Assembly (NCBI GenBank): GCA_964469495.1
Contig: CAYXYY010000054.1
Location: forward strand, 3,794-67,793
Length of the DNA stretch: 64,000 nt
DNA from: an uncultured Planctomycetia bacterium
GTDB taxonomy: Bacteria; Omnitrophota; Gorgyraeia; S143-82
Reading direction: 5' to 3'
Shown here: one piece after another, positions 9,969 to 19,533 of the stretch
How the letters are laid out: every line of letters begins with the position of its first letter
How positions within the stretch are numbered: position 1 is the stretch's first letter
The notes under the pieces: generated by a model
The model's database searches: none
What the model was told of the DNA's origin: nothing
The model's input: only the letters and a program-made list of their open reading frames with translations
Position numbers and translations under genes: made by a program

Positions 9969-11192
9969 CTATGCCCCATACTTTTTGAGTTTACCTGCAT
10001 GGGCCATAAGCAGACTCATCATCTGCATAGAATACATCCTGCCTAACACGCCTTTCAAGCAAAAGGTTTCCGTAAACCTTTCTGCATTGTCTGCGCGAAG
10101 GTTAGGGGCGGAGAGTAAAAACGGCACTGGATGCCAGGAGTGGCCCTTCATAACACACGGCGTAGAATGGTCGCCCGTAATAGCTATTACATCGGGATTC
10201 TTTGCCAATATCCGTGGAAGCGCCTCGTCAAATGCCTCTATCTGATGGACCTTGTTTTCAAAATTGCCGTCCTCGCCATAACTATCCGTTTTCTTTACGT
10301 GGAAAAAGATGTAATCGTATTTATCGTAATTTTCCTCATAAAGTTTTATCTTCTCCTCTAACAATTCTCCATGCCCTTCTAAAGGAATTACCTCCATCCC
10401 AACCGCTTTGGCAATACCTTTGTACATCGGATAAGAGGCAATTGCGCATGGTGTCAATTTATATATATCTTGAAGTTTATCTATATCAGGCAGTTTGTCA
10501 AACCCCCTTAAAAGCACCATATTCGCAGGATGTTCGTCTTTAAGCGCCTCTTTCACTATCCCAACAAATTTATTAACCACTTGCGCAGTCTTTTCAGAGG
10601 CGGAATCCAACGCCTTTGCCTGCAACGGCTCAAGCCCTGTTTTTTGAGGATCGGTATCAGAAACATGCGGGCCCAACCCTTCACCTGAAAGCAACAATAC
10701 AAATCTATGCTCTTCTTCAGGCCTGACCATAACCTTTATTCCGTCTATTTCAGATACCGCTTTATTTATTTTATCGCACATCTTTGCGCAAAGCTCCGTT
10801 GGTATCCTTCCGGCGCGCCTGTCTGTAACAATGCCATCTTTATCTATCGTGCAGAAATTGCCCCTTGCTGCAACGTCTTTTTCCCCCATTTCCATACCTG
10901 TTCCCAATGCGGAAAGCACTCCCCTTCCAATGGAATACCTAAGGGGGTTATATCCAAATAGACCCAAATGCCCGGGCCCACTGCCCGGAGTAATACCGGG
11001 ATAGATAGGATCCAACAATCCCAAATTTGAATTAACAGCCAGACGGTCCAAATTCGGCGTTGAGGCTGCCTCCAATGGGGTCTTGCCTTCTTCATTAGGC
11101 AAGTCGCCTATACCGTCTAACACGACCAAGACTATCTTGGAATCCGTTTTAACAGATAAGTCCTTCAATACATCCATAATTAGAGTATCCAT
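9969..11192 (-). CDS. apgM: Cofactor-independent phosphoglycerate mutase, archaeal type (ApgM family), copy 1
   Basis: It shows ApgM N-terminal motifs (VLDGIGD, TPLEAASTPNLDRLA) and a C-terminal metalloenzyme-domain motif, ITGDHSTP. Confidence 0.7.
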   Translation of the reverse strand: MDTLIMDVLKDLSVKTDSKIVLVVLDGIGDLPNEEGKTPLEAASTPNLDRLAVNSNLGLLDPIYPGITPGSGPGHLGLFGYNPLRYSIGRGVLSALGTGMEMGEKDVAARGNFCTIDKDGIVTDRRAGRIPTELCAKMCDKINKAVSEIDGIKVMVRPEEEHRFVLLLSGEGLGPHVSDTDPQKTGLEPLQAKALDSASEKTAQVVNKFVGIVKEALKDEHPANMVLLRGFDKLPDIDKLQDIYKLTPCAIASYPMYKGIAKAVGMEVIPLEGHGELLEEKIKLYEENYDKYDYIFFHVKKTDSYGEDGNFENKVHQIEAFDEALPRILAKNPDVIAITGDHSTPCVMKGHSWHPVPFLLSAPNLRADNAERFTETFCLKGVLGRMYSMQMMSLLMAHAGKLKKYGA

Positions 11193-11237
11193 TTTTACCT
11201 CCTAAATAAAATTTATACTAATGCCTTTTATCAAGAG

Positions 11238-11555
11238 CCTAACAGGCGCGCAGGGCAATAAGCCGGGTTCTGTTTATGCAGCCATCCATCTGAGCAAAGG
11301 CTCTCGCCAATGCATTAGCTGCCAACCCGAGGATCAAAAGGCCCGGGCAAGGCCTCTGCAAAACGCATTTTCCTCCTACTTGGCATTGCTGCAGGTAGAG
11401 ATTACCCGTTTCACATCTCTCGTCTCTGTGGCTCTAATCCTGACTATCGGTGAATCCCGACAGCCGGCGGGCATTACCCGCTACCCTGCCCTCTGCAGCC
11501 CGGACTTTCCTCGCCTACATCAGGCGCGGCTGCTTTGCCCTGCCATGCGCCCAAG
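11238..11555 (-). ncRNA. rnpB: RNase P RNA, bacterial type A (M1 RNA)
   Basis: The minus-strand transcript contains the universal P4 elements GAGGAAAGUCCGGGCU (5') and ACAGAACCCGGCUUA (3'). It also has GGGCAGGGU (P5), a CACAGAGA...GUGAAACGGGUAA (CR-II/III-like) stretch and CAGAUGGAUGGCUG (CR-V). A P1 helix closes the molecule, with GGCAGGGCAA (5' strand) pairing UUGCCCUGC (3' strand). The ends are approximate. Confidence 0.85.
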
Positions 11556-11984
11556 CTCAACGGCCCGTCTTGCGAGCCTATCGGCAACCTTATTCTTCTC
11601 CCTTGGAATATGCTCTATTTTATCAACCTTAAGCTTGGCTATCAACGCCTTTATTTTTCTATAAATCGGCAATAGCCTCTCGTTTTTTACCTTATATTGC
11701 CCGGAAATCTGTTTTGCCAATAATTCGCTGTCCGTAAAGATGCTGATAGCTGCGTTTGAGTATTCTTTCAATGCCTCCAGGGCAAGGTACATTGCCATAT
11801 ATTCGGCTATATTATTGGTTGCAATGCCCAAGAACGCAGAGAAAAACTGTTCTTTCTTAGATTCCCCCTCACTTACGATCAAATACACACCAGCCCCTGC
11901 CGGGCCAGGATTGCCAGAACATGCCCCGTCAACAAACACCTCTACACACCGATTGGGAAGGGGAAACAACTCCGACTGGGCCAA
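11520..11984 (-). CDS. rnhA: Ribonuclease HI
   Basis: It has the RNase H fold motifs VEVFVDGACSGNPGPAGAG ... TNNIAEYMA ... IFTDSELL ... HIPREKNKVADRLAR. The last ~12 codons overlap the 5' end of rnpB. Confidence 0.8.
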   Translation of the reverse strand: MAQSELFPLPNRCVEVFVDGACSGNPGPAGAGVYLIVSEGESKKEQFFSAFLGIATNNIAEYMAMYLALEALKEYSNAAISIFTDSELLAKQISGQYKVKNERLLPIYRKIKALIAKLKVDKIEHIPREKNKVADRLARRAVELGRMAGQSSRA

Positions 11985-11985
11985 T

Positions 11986-12699
11986 TTATAAACTCCCCTC
12001 TAAATATAAAATCCTTCCGCAGGCCTCACAAGTTATCAGGTTATCGCTGCTCATCAATTGATTTACCACCTGAGTGGGAAGTTTCACATAACACCCCGCG
12101 CACACACCGTCTTTAGACAACGCGCATACGGCAATGCCGTTATTGTGTTCAATCAGTTTCTCATAGCGCCTCAACAAGTTGGGTTCAATACCTTCTTTAA
12201 GGCCCTCTCTTTCAGCAAAAAGCCCTTCCATCTCTTTTGTCAAGGCCTGTTCTTCGGACTTTAATGCCTGCCGTCTTTCCTCAAAATCCTTTTTAAATGC
12301 GGAAAAATCATTCTCTTTTTCCCGAACAGCCTCTTCTTCTGCCTCTATCTCGTCAAGCAAAGACAGGATTTGATCCTCTATGGAAGAGGCCTCGTCCTTT
12401 GCGCGCGCAATCTCACCCTGCAAGGCGGAATATTCCTTATTTGTCTTTACTTGAAACAGCTGGCCTTGCAATTTTTTTGCTTCCTCTTCTTTCTTGCCAA
12501 GCTCAAGTTCAAGTTCTTTGCGTCTTAATTTAAGCTCGTCTAAATGTTTTTTGGAATCCTCAAAGGCCTGTTTACCGGATAAGAACTCCTGTTCCAGCTC
12601 CTGCGCCCTTTTCGGGAGTTCATCCAACTTACGCCTCAAATTAAATATCCTTGCATCGACTTCCTGCAAAGGCAAGAGTTTCCTGATCTGATCCTTCAT
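11986..12699 (-). CDS. Coiled-coil protein with C-terminal C4-type zinc ribbon (COG1579 family)
   Basis: A long heptad-rich coiled coil is followed by CALSKDGVCAGC...CEACGRIL. Confidence 0.6.
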   Translation of the reverse strand: MKDQIRKLLPLQEVDARIFNLRRKLDELPKRAQELEQEFLSGKQAFEDSKKHLDELKLRRKELELELGKKEEEAKKLQGQLFQVKTNKEYSALQGEIARAKDEASSIEDQILSLLDEIEAEEEAVREKENDFSAFKKDFEERRQALKSEEQALTKEMEGLFAEREGLKEGIEPNLLRRYEKLIEHNNGIAVCALSKDGVCAGCYVKLPTQVVNQLMSSDNLITCEACGRILYLEGSL

Positions 12700-12828
12700 A
12701 ACATTACCGCCTTTATTAATAAATCACACAAACCCATGAAATTATTATCGGAAAACAGAATTATACCACACCCTACGGAATTTTTAAACCCAAGGATATT
12801 TACAATCAGGAGACAGGCCAACAGCTAT

Positions 12829-13620
12829 TCATATAGCCAAATAGTCCACGATTAGACTTAACAGTCTCTCTCCCCATAGATAACAGATCAATGCAGACAA
12901 GGCAAGGCATGGCCCAAAAGGCAGGGTATTGTCTTTATACCTTATTAGGATGTAAATCCCCATAATAGCGCCGATAAACGTGGCAATAAAAAAAGCGGCT
13001 ATTGCGCACTGCCAACCCAAAAACGCCCCTACCATGGCCTGAAATTTTATATCCCCTCCTCCCATTGCTTCTTTCTTAAATATCAATTCCCCCACTATTG
13101 CCACCAAATAAACCAAGGCACCTCCGGCCAACAAACCAACAAAAGACCAAAACAAACCCCACAAATGAGAACTCTGGCCATGTAATTGCGGATAGAGAAA
13201 ACTCAACACCAACCCTGCAAGGGCACCTCCAACACTCGCCTCGTCAGGGATTATCCTATGGGCAAAATCCACAGCAGTTGATAACAAGAGTATTGAAAAG
13301 AACACAATTTCAATTAACGCTGGCAGAGATATCCCATGCCTCCACACAGCAATCCCCCAGATTAATCCTGATATTGCCTCTATAACAGGGTACCTTATTG
13401 ATATTGGCGCTGAACAATGTCTGCACTTACCTCTTAACAAGATATAACTCAAGATAGGCATATTATCATAAAACGCAATAGGATGTTTACAATTCGGACA
13501 ATAGGAACGGGGAAAAACAACGGATTCTTCTTTGGGCATTCTATATATACATACGTTCAGGAAACTCCCCCAAATAAGGCCAAAAACAACAGCGCAAAAA
13601 ACAAAAAATATCTCCATCAT
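12829..13620 (-). CDS. pilD: Prepilin peptidase (A24 family, PilD/GspO-like)
   Basis: It has an N-terminal zinc-binding CPNCKHPIAFYDNMPILSY...CRHCSAPI motif, a GGGDIKF aspartyl-protease motif, and is polytopic. Confidence 0.8.
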   Translation of the reverse strand: MMEIFFVFCAVVFGLIWGSFLNVCIYRMPKEESVVFPRSYCPNCKHPIAFYDNMPILSYILLRGKCRHCSAPISIRYPVIEAISGLIWGIAVWRHGISLPALIEIVFFSILLLSTAVDFAHRIIPDEASVGGALAGLVLSFLYPQLHGQSSHLWGLFWSFVGLLAGGALVYLVAIVGELIFKKEAMGGGDIKFQAMVGAFLGWQCAIAAFFIATFIGAIMGIYILIRYKDNTLPFGPCLALSALICYLWGERLLSLIVDYLAI

Positions 13621-13629
13621 CTATCCCCT

Positions 13630-15588
13630 TTATAAAAAAAGCCTTCCAATCTGATAAACGATAACGCTCAATACCCACCCCAAGGAAAGCGTATAGGCCA
13701 CAGAAAAGGCCGCCCATTTCAGGCCTATCTCCTTTTTTATAGCGGCAATCGTGGCAATGCATGGTATATATATCAAACTCATCACCATAAAGGCATAAGC
13801 GCTGGCGCTATTAAAATAGAATGGCAAAACAGTGCTTAAAGCCCCGCTCTGGCCAGCCACAAGTAATGTCCCAAGGCTGCCGACAACTATCTCTTTTGCC
13901 ACTATCCCAAAAACCAAGGCCACAGTTGCCTGCCAAAATCCAAATCCTGCCCAAGAAAACATAGGGGAGATAAACATACCAAATCTTGCCAACAAGGACT
14001 TCTCCGAACTTGGATCCACTCCAAGCGGCAGATTAGACAAAAGCCAGACCACTATAACTGCCGCAACAATTACTGTCCCTGCTTTTTTGACAAATAACCA
14101 GCTTCGGTTCAAGGCATGAGACAAAATCATTTTAAAGTTTGGCACCCTATATGGCGGCATTTCCATAATAAGCAGGCTTTCTTCTTTGCTGAAAAAGGCC
14201 TTGTTCAACACACTCGCCGAGATAATAGCCAAAACTATACCCATTGCATACAGGGAAAAAACAATCAGGGCCTCTTTGCCTTTAAAAAATGCCGAGGCAA
14301 AAAGCGTATATATAGGCAACCTAGCAGAACAACTCATTAACGGTAATATCAAAATAGTCAAAATACGGTCCTTTTGATTGCCCAGTGTGCGAGCAGCCAT
14401 TATACCCGGTATATTACATCCAAAGCCTATCAGCATCGGAATAAATGACTTTCCGTGCAGCCCGAGAGAATGCATCAATTTATCCATAATAAATGCGCCT
14501 CTGGCAAGATACCCGGAATCTTCCAGTATCGCTATGAACAAGAATAAAAAGAATATATTGGGTAAAAACAGCAACACGGAACCAACCCCCGAAATAATTC
14601 CGTCCGTCATAAACGAAATCAACAACTCAGGCGCATTAACAGCCGCTAACAGGGAACTAACACCTATAGAAATTACAGACAAAAAAGAATCTATCAACGA
14701 GACAAACGGTTGGGCTACCTTAAACACAAAACTAAACATAACATACATAATAAACAAAAACAACGGTATACCCAGAACACGGTTTGCCAACACCTTATCT
14801 ATTTTATCGCTAAGATATAAACGCGCCTCCAATGGAAGCCTGCGCTTTACTGTCTCAGCCACCACACCCTTAATAAATCCATGCCGCTTATCTGCAAGCA
14901 CCACAACAATTGGGTCTGCATATTCAGCTTCTATCTCTTTCAATTTTTTGTTAAACCTATTTACGTCAAATTCACCGCTCTCCGGCAGCAAACCCTCTTC
15001 TAACATACGCAAGGCAGCATGCCGCGGCGTTGCCATATAAGAGATAAGTTCTTCAATATCATTGCCATAATCCACTCTCAAGAAATCCTCTCCGTCTTTA
15101 TTCTCAAGACATTTGTTTATATTGGTTATTAACTCATCTATACCCTCTTGCCGTATCCCGACAGTTTTCACTATATCACACAGGCCAAACAGTCTCCGAA
15201 ATGCATCTTCATCAACGACAATGCCTATTTTTTCTGCCAGATCCCACATATTAAAAACCAACAAAACAGGGATACCCAATTCCCTGACCTGAGTTAAAAG
15301 ATACAAATTTCTCTCAATATTAGACGAATCAAGCACTACCACAACCAGATCCGGATTCTCGCACAGTAAAAAATCGCGCGCTATTTTTTCATCTATGGAA
15401 AATGCGCTCAACCCATATATCCCGGGAAGATCCACGATATTGACCTGAGGATTTGACTTCAAAATACCCTCAACACGCTCCACAGTTGTTCCCGGCCAAT
15501 TGCCTATGCGTTCCTTTCCGCCTGTTAAGGCATTAAATATCGTTGTTTTGCCGCTATTCGGATTGCCAACCAGTGCAATAGTTTTCAT
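13630..15588 (-). CDS. feoB: Ferrous iron transporter B
   Basis: It has an N-terminal G-domain (IALVGNPNSGKTTIFNALTG, DLPG) followed by a polytopic membrane domain. Confidence 0.9.
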   Translation of the reverse strand: MKTIALVGNPNSGKTTIFNALTGGKERIGNWPGTTVERVEGILKSNPQVNIVDLPGIYGLSAFSIDEKIARDFLLCENPDLVVVVLDSSNIERNLYLLTQVRELGIPVLLVFNMWDLAEKIGIVVDEDAFRRLFGLCDIVKTVGIRQEGIDELITNINKCLENKDGEDFLRVDYGNDIEELISYMATPRHAALRMLEEGLLPESGEFDVNRFNKKLKEIEAEYADPIVVVLADKRHGFIKGVVAETVKRRLPLEARLYLSDKIDKVLANRVLGIPLFLFIMYVMFSFVFKVAQPFVSLIDSFLSVISIGVSSLLAAVNAPELLISFMTDGIISGVGSVLLFLPNIFFLFLFIAILEDSGYLARGAFIMDKLMHSLGLHGKSFIPMLIGFGCNIPGIMAARTLGNQKDRILTILILPLMSCSARLPIYTLFASAFFKGKEALIVFSLYAMGIVLAIISASVLNKAFFSKEESLLIMEMPPYRVPNFKMILSHALNRSWLFVKKAGTVIVAAVIVVWLLSNLPLGVDPSSEKSLLARFGMFISPMFSWAGFGFWQATVALVFGIVAKEIVVGSLGTLLVAGQSGALSTVLPFYFNSASAYAFMVMSLIYIPCIATIAAIKKEIGLKWAAFSVAYTLSLGWVLSVIVYQIGRLFL

Positions 15589-15826
15589 ATCCTATCCTCT
15601 TTTCGACCAATATTTTATCTGCCTCTTCCGATCGCAGGGATACATTCACACCATTTATCTTACACTCTATAGGTGAACTAAATGGAGCTACCTCAACAAC
15701 TTCGACCTGTTCTCCTTTTACAATACCCATATTCAATAGCTTCTGCATCATCGCGCCTGTCGCATTTACCCTACGTATAATGGCCTTCTCACCTGATTTA
15801 AGCTCGGATAATTTCAGTAAATCCAT
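15554..15826 (-). CDS. feoA: Ferrous iron transport protein A
   Basis: It is a small SH3-like FeoA protein (LSELKSGEKAIIRRV) and overlaps the feoB start. Confidence 0.75.
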   Translation of the reverse strand: MDLLKLSELKSGEKAIIRRVNATGAMMQKLLNMGIVKGEQVEVVEVAPFSSPIECKINGVNVSLRSEEADKILVEKRIGYENYCTGWQSE

Positions 15827-15853
15827 CTTAATCTCCTGATTTTCAAATACAAC

Positions 15854-16654
15854 TCATTGCCATCTGCACATCTCAATAAACCTGTTCATGGCATAGTATA
15901 TATTTGACTGGCGCATAAAATATTCGCCAACCAAAACAGCGTCCACACCCAATCGTTTTAGAGTAGGTAAAAACTCGTCTGTTATACCGCTTTCAGCAAC
16001 CTTTATTTTCTCTTCAGGGATAAAAGGAATCAAGTCCAAAAAAATGTTAACGTTCACCTTTAGCGTGGTTAGGTCCCTGGAATTTACTCCGATAATTCGT
16101 GGATTAACCAGATCAAGGATAAGGTCTATTTCCTCTCTGCTGTGTGTTTCACACAACACATCCATGTTTAAAGACCGCGCGCATTGGTAAAGAGACTTCA
16201 ATTTCGGCAAATCATTTTTAAACATAGCAACTATTAACAAAACAGCATCCGCGCCTCTGGCTCGGCTATAATATATCTGAAATTCGTCTATTATAAAATC
16301 TTTACACAATATAGGCAGTTCCACAAAGTCCCTTACCGTTTGCATAATTTCAAAAGAACCTTTAAAAAAAGACTGATCCGTCAACATAGACAAGGCATCA
16401 GCGCCTGCGCCCTGATATTCAAGGGCGATATCAACGGCAGAAGGATTTTCTCTTATTATGCCTTTTGAAGGCGATGCGAATTTGATCTCTGATATAACAG
16501 AAAGCCTGTTGTTGTGTTTTAGCGCAAGATGAAAATTGTAAAACTTATTTCTGTTTAAGATCTCGTGTTTAATCTGGCTAAAAGGGTATGTTGACTTAAG
16601 CTGCTCTACTTCCTTTTCTTTTTGTTTATAGACCTTTTTCAGAAAATCAGACAT
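15854..16654 (-). CDS. trpC: Indole-3-glycerol phosphate synthase
   Basis: It shows the IGPS motifs SVISEIKFASPSKGII, ALSMLTDQSFFKGS and LLIVAM. Confidence 0.8.
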   Translation of the reverse strand: MSDFLKKVYKQKEKEVEQLKSTYPFSQIKHEILNRNKFYNFHLALKHNNRLSVISEIKFASPSKGIIRENPSAVDIALEYQGAGADALSMLTDQSFFKGSFEIMQTVRDFVELPILCKDFIIDEFQIYYSRARGADAVLLIVAMFKNDLPKLKSLYQCARSLNMDVLCETHSREEIDLILDLVNPRIIGVNSRDLTTLKVNVNIFLDLIPFIPEEKIKVAESGITDEFLPTLKRLGVDAVLVGEYFMRQSNIYYAMNRFIEMCRWQ

Positions 16655-16662
16655 AACTATCC

Positions 16663-18216
16663 CTAATGTCTAAAGTGCCTTGTTCCTGTTAAAACCATTG
16701 CCAGACCCAAATCATTACATCTTTCAATTACATCCTTATCCGCTTTAGACCCTCCGGGTTGAATAATGGCCTTTATACCGGCCTTAGCAGCAAATTCTAT
16801 GTTATCCACCTTTGGGAAGAACGCATCACTTGCAAGCACAGAACCCTTCGCCCGGCTGCCGGCCTTCTTGATAGCCAATTCAACAGCATCCACCCTGCTC
16901 ATCTGCCCGGCGCCTATACCAACAGTAATATTGGACTTTGCCAAAACAATGGCATTGGATTTGACAAACCGCACTACATTCCATGCAAACTCTAGATCGC
17001 GCATCTGGCTTTTCGTTGGTTTTTTCTTTGTAATGCACTTGAAGTCAGCCATTGTTTCCCTTTTTACATCTTTAGTCTGCGCCAAGACCCCGTCAAACGC
17101 CTGTTTTATCAAAAAGCCTGCCATTACTTTAGACGCCTTTACAATTCGAAGGTTCTTTTTTTGTTTCAGTATATCAACGGCCTGTTTGTCGAATTTAGGC
17201 GCGATCACCAATTCCCGAAAACCCGACTTGACAATAGACCCAGCCAGATCCCTATCTACATTTCCGTTAAGGGCAATGATACCGCCAAAAGCAGATAAGC
17301 TATCTGCTTTATAGGCCTTTTCATATGCCCTTTTTAACGTCTTATCAATAGCCAATCCACAGGGATTAGAATGCTTCACAACAACAGCGCACGGCTCCTT
17401 AAACCATAAGGCCATCTCATAAGCGCTCGCCATATCCATAATATTGTTATAAGAAAGTTCCTTTCCCCCCAATAACTTAAACGGAACTTTTTCCCCAAAT
17501 GGCATATAAAATGCCGCTTTCTGGTGCGGATTTTCTCCGTATCTAAGCGGCAAGGCATTGTGAAAAGAAAACAACAAATTATCTCCTAACTGTTTTTGCC
17601 CAAATCCTAATTTAACACAGATCATAGAATCATAAATACTAGTAAGGGCAAAGGCCTTAGCCGCCATCGTTTTTCTAAAAGAAAGACTTGTTGCGCCATT
17701 ATTTTCTTTCAGCTCACTTTCAAGCGCGCTATAATCCTTCACATCTGATATAACCGTTACCCAAGGATAATTCTTTGCTCCCGCCCTTATCATAGTAGGC
17801 CCGCCGATGTCAATAAATTCTAACAACTCATCACCTTTAACCCCTTGCTCGCAGGCCTGTTGAAAAGGATATAGATTTACGACTACCAAATCTATAGGTA
17901 ATGCCCCTATCCTATTTATCGTAGCGAGATCGTCCTTATTTGATCTGCGAAACAACAAACCTGCATGCACCTTCGGATGAAGCGTCTTGACCCGGCCAGA
18001 AAGGATTTCTTCCGCTCCGGTATAAGATGCCACCTCTTGCACGTCTACGCTATTGTCTTTAAGCATCTTTGCGGTCCTGCCCGTTGATATCGCCTTAATT
18101 TTATATTTCTTTAAAATGCGTGATAAAAAATCTATATCAGACTTATCCCACAAACTCACAAGCGCTGTTTTTATTCTTACCACAATCACAAACCCCTTTC
18201 GCTTGAATAAAACCAA
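16663..18216 (-). CDS. purH: Bifunctional AICAR transformylase / IMP cyclohydrolase
   Basis: The MGS-like N-terminus (KTALVSLWDKSDIDF...VKTLHPKVHAGLL) is followed by the AICARFT domain. The exact start is uncertain. Confidence 0.85.
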   Translation of the reverse strand: MVLFKRKGFVIVVRIKTALVSLWDKSDIDFLSRILKKYKIKAISTGRTAKMLKDNSVDVQEVASYTGAEEILSGRVKTLHPKVHAGLLFRRSNKDDLATINRIGALPIDLVVVNLYPFQQACEQGVKGDELLEFIDIGGPTMIRAGAKNYPWVTVISDVKDYSALESELKENNGATSLSFRKTMAAKAFALTSIYDSMICVKLGFGQKQLGDNLLFSFHNALPLRYGENPHQKAAFYMPFGEKVPFKLLGGKELSYNNIMDMASAYEMALWFKEPCAVVVKHSNPCGLAIDKTLKRAYEKAYKADSLSAFGGIIALNGNVDRDLAGSIVKSGFRELVIAPKFDKQAVDILKQKKNLRIVKASKVMAGFLIKQAFDGVLAQTKDVKRETMADFKCITKKKPTKSQMRDLEFAWNVVRFVKSNAIVLAKSNITVGIGAGQMSRVDAVELAIKKAGSRAKGSVLASDAFFPKVDNIEFAAKAGIKAIIQPGGSKADKDVIERCNDLGLAMVLTGTRHFRH

Positions 18217-18258
18217 TAAGCATTATAAAACATCTACCTCAATAAAAAATAGAAAAAA

Positions 18259-19533
18259 TTAACGGCATTGTATACAAACTCCAACTCCGCTTTTGCCATG
18301 TGTGTGATATATGGTGCGATAATCCGTACACTTCTCTTTGTTATTTGAAGAATATGCCGAAAATCTTCCCGTTCCATCTCGTGTCGCAGAAAATACTCTA
18401 ACACGACACTCTGTTAGAGGATGGAGATCACCCAGCCATTTCCCCAACCTTCTGATATAAATATCGTCCACTGCTATATTGCCGCTGATATTCGCGCGCA
18501 ATGTCTTACCTGCTTCACTCCCAACAGTACTAGAACCCACAGCCAATACACCACTAATAAATACAGACCCGCTGGACACATTGATATCGCCATTACCAAG
18601 CACCATATCCCCTTGCTGCAAAGACAGATTGCCTTTCGTAAGAACCTCATTGCCGCCATTTAAAAACAAATTTGCGTTGTTGTCCATTACAATACTATTG
18701 CCTCCTCCAGTAAAAGCGGCGATATTCCCATTGCCCATATGCACCATAAAACTACCTCCGTCAAGGTCATTAAAATCTATTTTATTGCCATGGATAACCA
18801 ATACGTCATTATTACTGCTATATGCGATTGCTGCCGGCGGGGTTGTATCCCGATGCCAACTACCACTACTGGAAAAACTCAAAGTAGGATCTGTCCCTTG
18901 TATCCATAAAACTGGTGAAGATGTCCCTCCCAAAACAGTAAGACCTCCTGTAGCATTTCCGCTATGGACAACAAATCCTGCATTATTGCCTCCTCCATCG
19001 ATGGCAACACCCAAATGCGGCCCTGATCCTTCGCCGATAAAGATACCACCTAAAGCGGTATTAACGTCTACACCTTTTGCATTAGTAAAATTACCAACAC
19101 CAACAACTTGTCCAGCAGCAATAGATGTTGTGGCATCCGTTATGAGAACTTTTGCGTTATTATAGCTCCCAACGCTATTCATATCTCCTACTAATAACTG
19201 ACCCTGACTGCTATACACCAAACCATTATTTCCGTTATTGGCGTCTACCCTCAAACGCGCGATTACGTTTTTGGCCTGTAAATAATTACTGCCCGTTGTC
19301 CCCGCTGTTATCGCCAATCCGTTTTCTACTAAAATTACGCCGTTTTGGGCATCTACAGCTGTCCTGTCCATATAATTGCCCGTCCCTACAACCATTGACT
19401 CATTGCGCAATTCAATGTATTCGCCATACGGCGATGGATAAAAAACCGATATCTGCTTCTCTGCCGCATTGGCATGCCATAAAAAAACAAAAGAAAGAAA
19501 CATCACAAATAACACCAAAATATTTTTTTTCAT
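18259..19533 (-). CDS. Secreted Gly/Asn/Thr-rich repeat protein (predicted beta-helix, adhesin-like) with a Cys-rich C-terminal tail
   Basis: A cleavable signal peptide (MKKNILVLFVMFLSFVFLWHANA) is followed by long low-complexity G/N/S/T/V repeats typical of a parallel beta-helix passenger. The last ~50 aa carry 5 Cys residues. Confidence 0.5.
   Translation of the reverse strand: MKKNILVLFVMFLSFVFLWHANAAEKQISVFYPSPYGEYIELRNESMVVGTGNYMDRTAVDAQNGVILVENGLAITAGTTGSNYLQAKNVIARLRVDANNGNNGLVYSSQGQLLVGDMNSVGSYNNAKVLITDATTSIAAGQVVGVGNFTNAKGVDVNTALGGIFIGEGSGPHLGVAIDGGGNNAGFVVHSGNATGGLTVLGGTSSPVLWIQGTDPTLSFSSSGSWHRDTTPPAAIAYSSNNDVLVIHGNKIDFNDLDGGSFMVHMGNGNIAAFTGGGNSIVMDNNANLFLNGGNEVLTKGNLSLQQGDMVLGNGDINVSSGSVFISGVLAVGSSTVGSEAGKTLRANISGNIAVDDIYIRRLGKWLGDLHPLTECRVRVFSATRDGTGRFSAYSSNNKEKCTDYRTIYHTHGKSGVGVCIQCR

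Noticed and set aside
11221-11664. Plus-strand ORFs (147 aa and 60 aa) in the apgM-rnhA gap
   Set aside because: The region is fully explained by the minus-strand RNase P RNA gene. The ORFs have Ala/Arg/Pro/Ser-rich translations typical of reading GC-rich structured RNA out of frame and have no RBS.
14378-15040. A 220-aa plus-strand ORF inside feoB, plus the many 60-130-aa plus-strand ORFs inside minus-strand genes
   Set aside because: They sit opposite genes with strong motif support and have low-complexity translations with no RBS.
16663-18216. An N-terminal extension on PurH (MVLFKRKGFVIVV…)
   Set aside because: The true start cannot be decided from sequence. The extra ~12 aa could come from an alternative upstream start, and this is not a notable feature.
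18479-19165. A 228-aa plus-strand ORF (Pro/Leu/Thr-rich) opposite the secreted beta-helix gene
   Set aside because: It is the antisense reading of Gly/Asn-rich codons and is fully contained in a well-supported minus-strand gene. It has no RBS.
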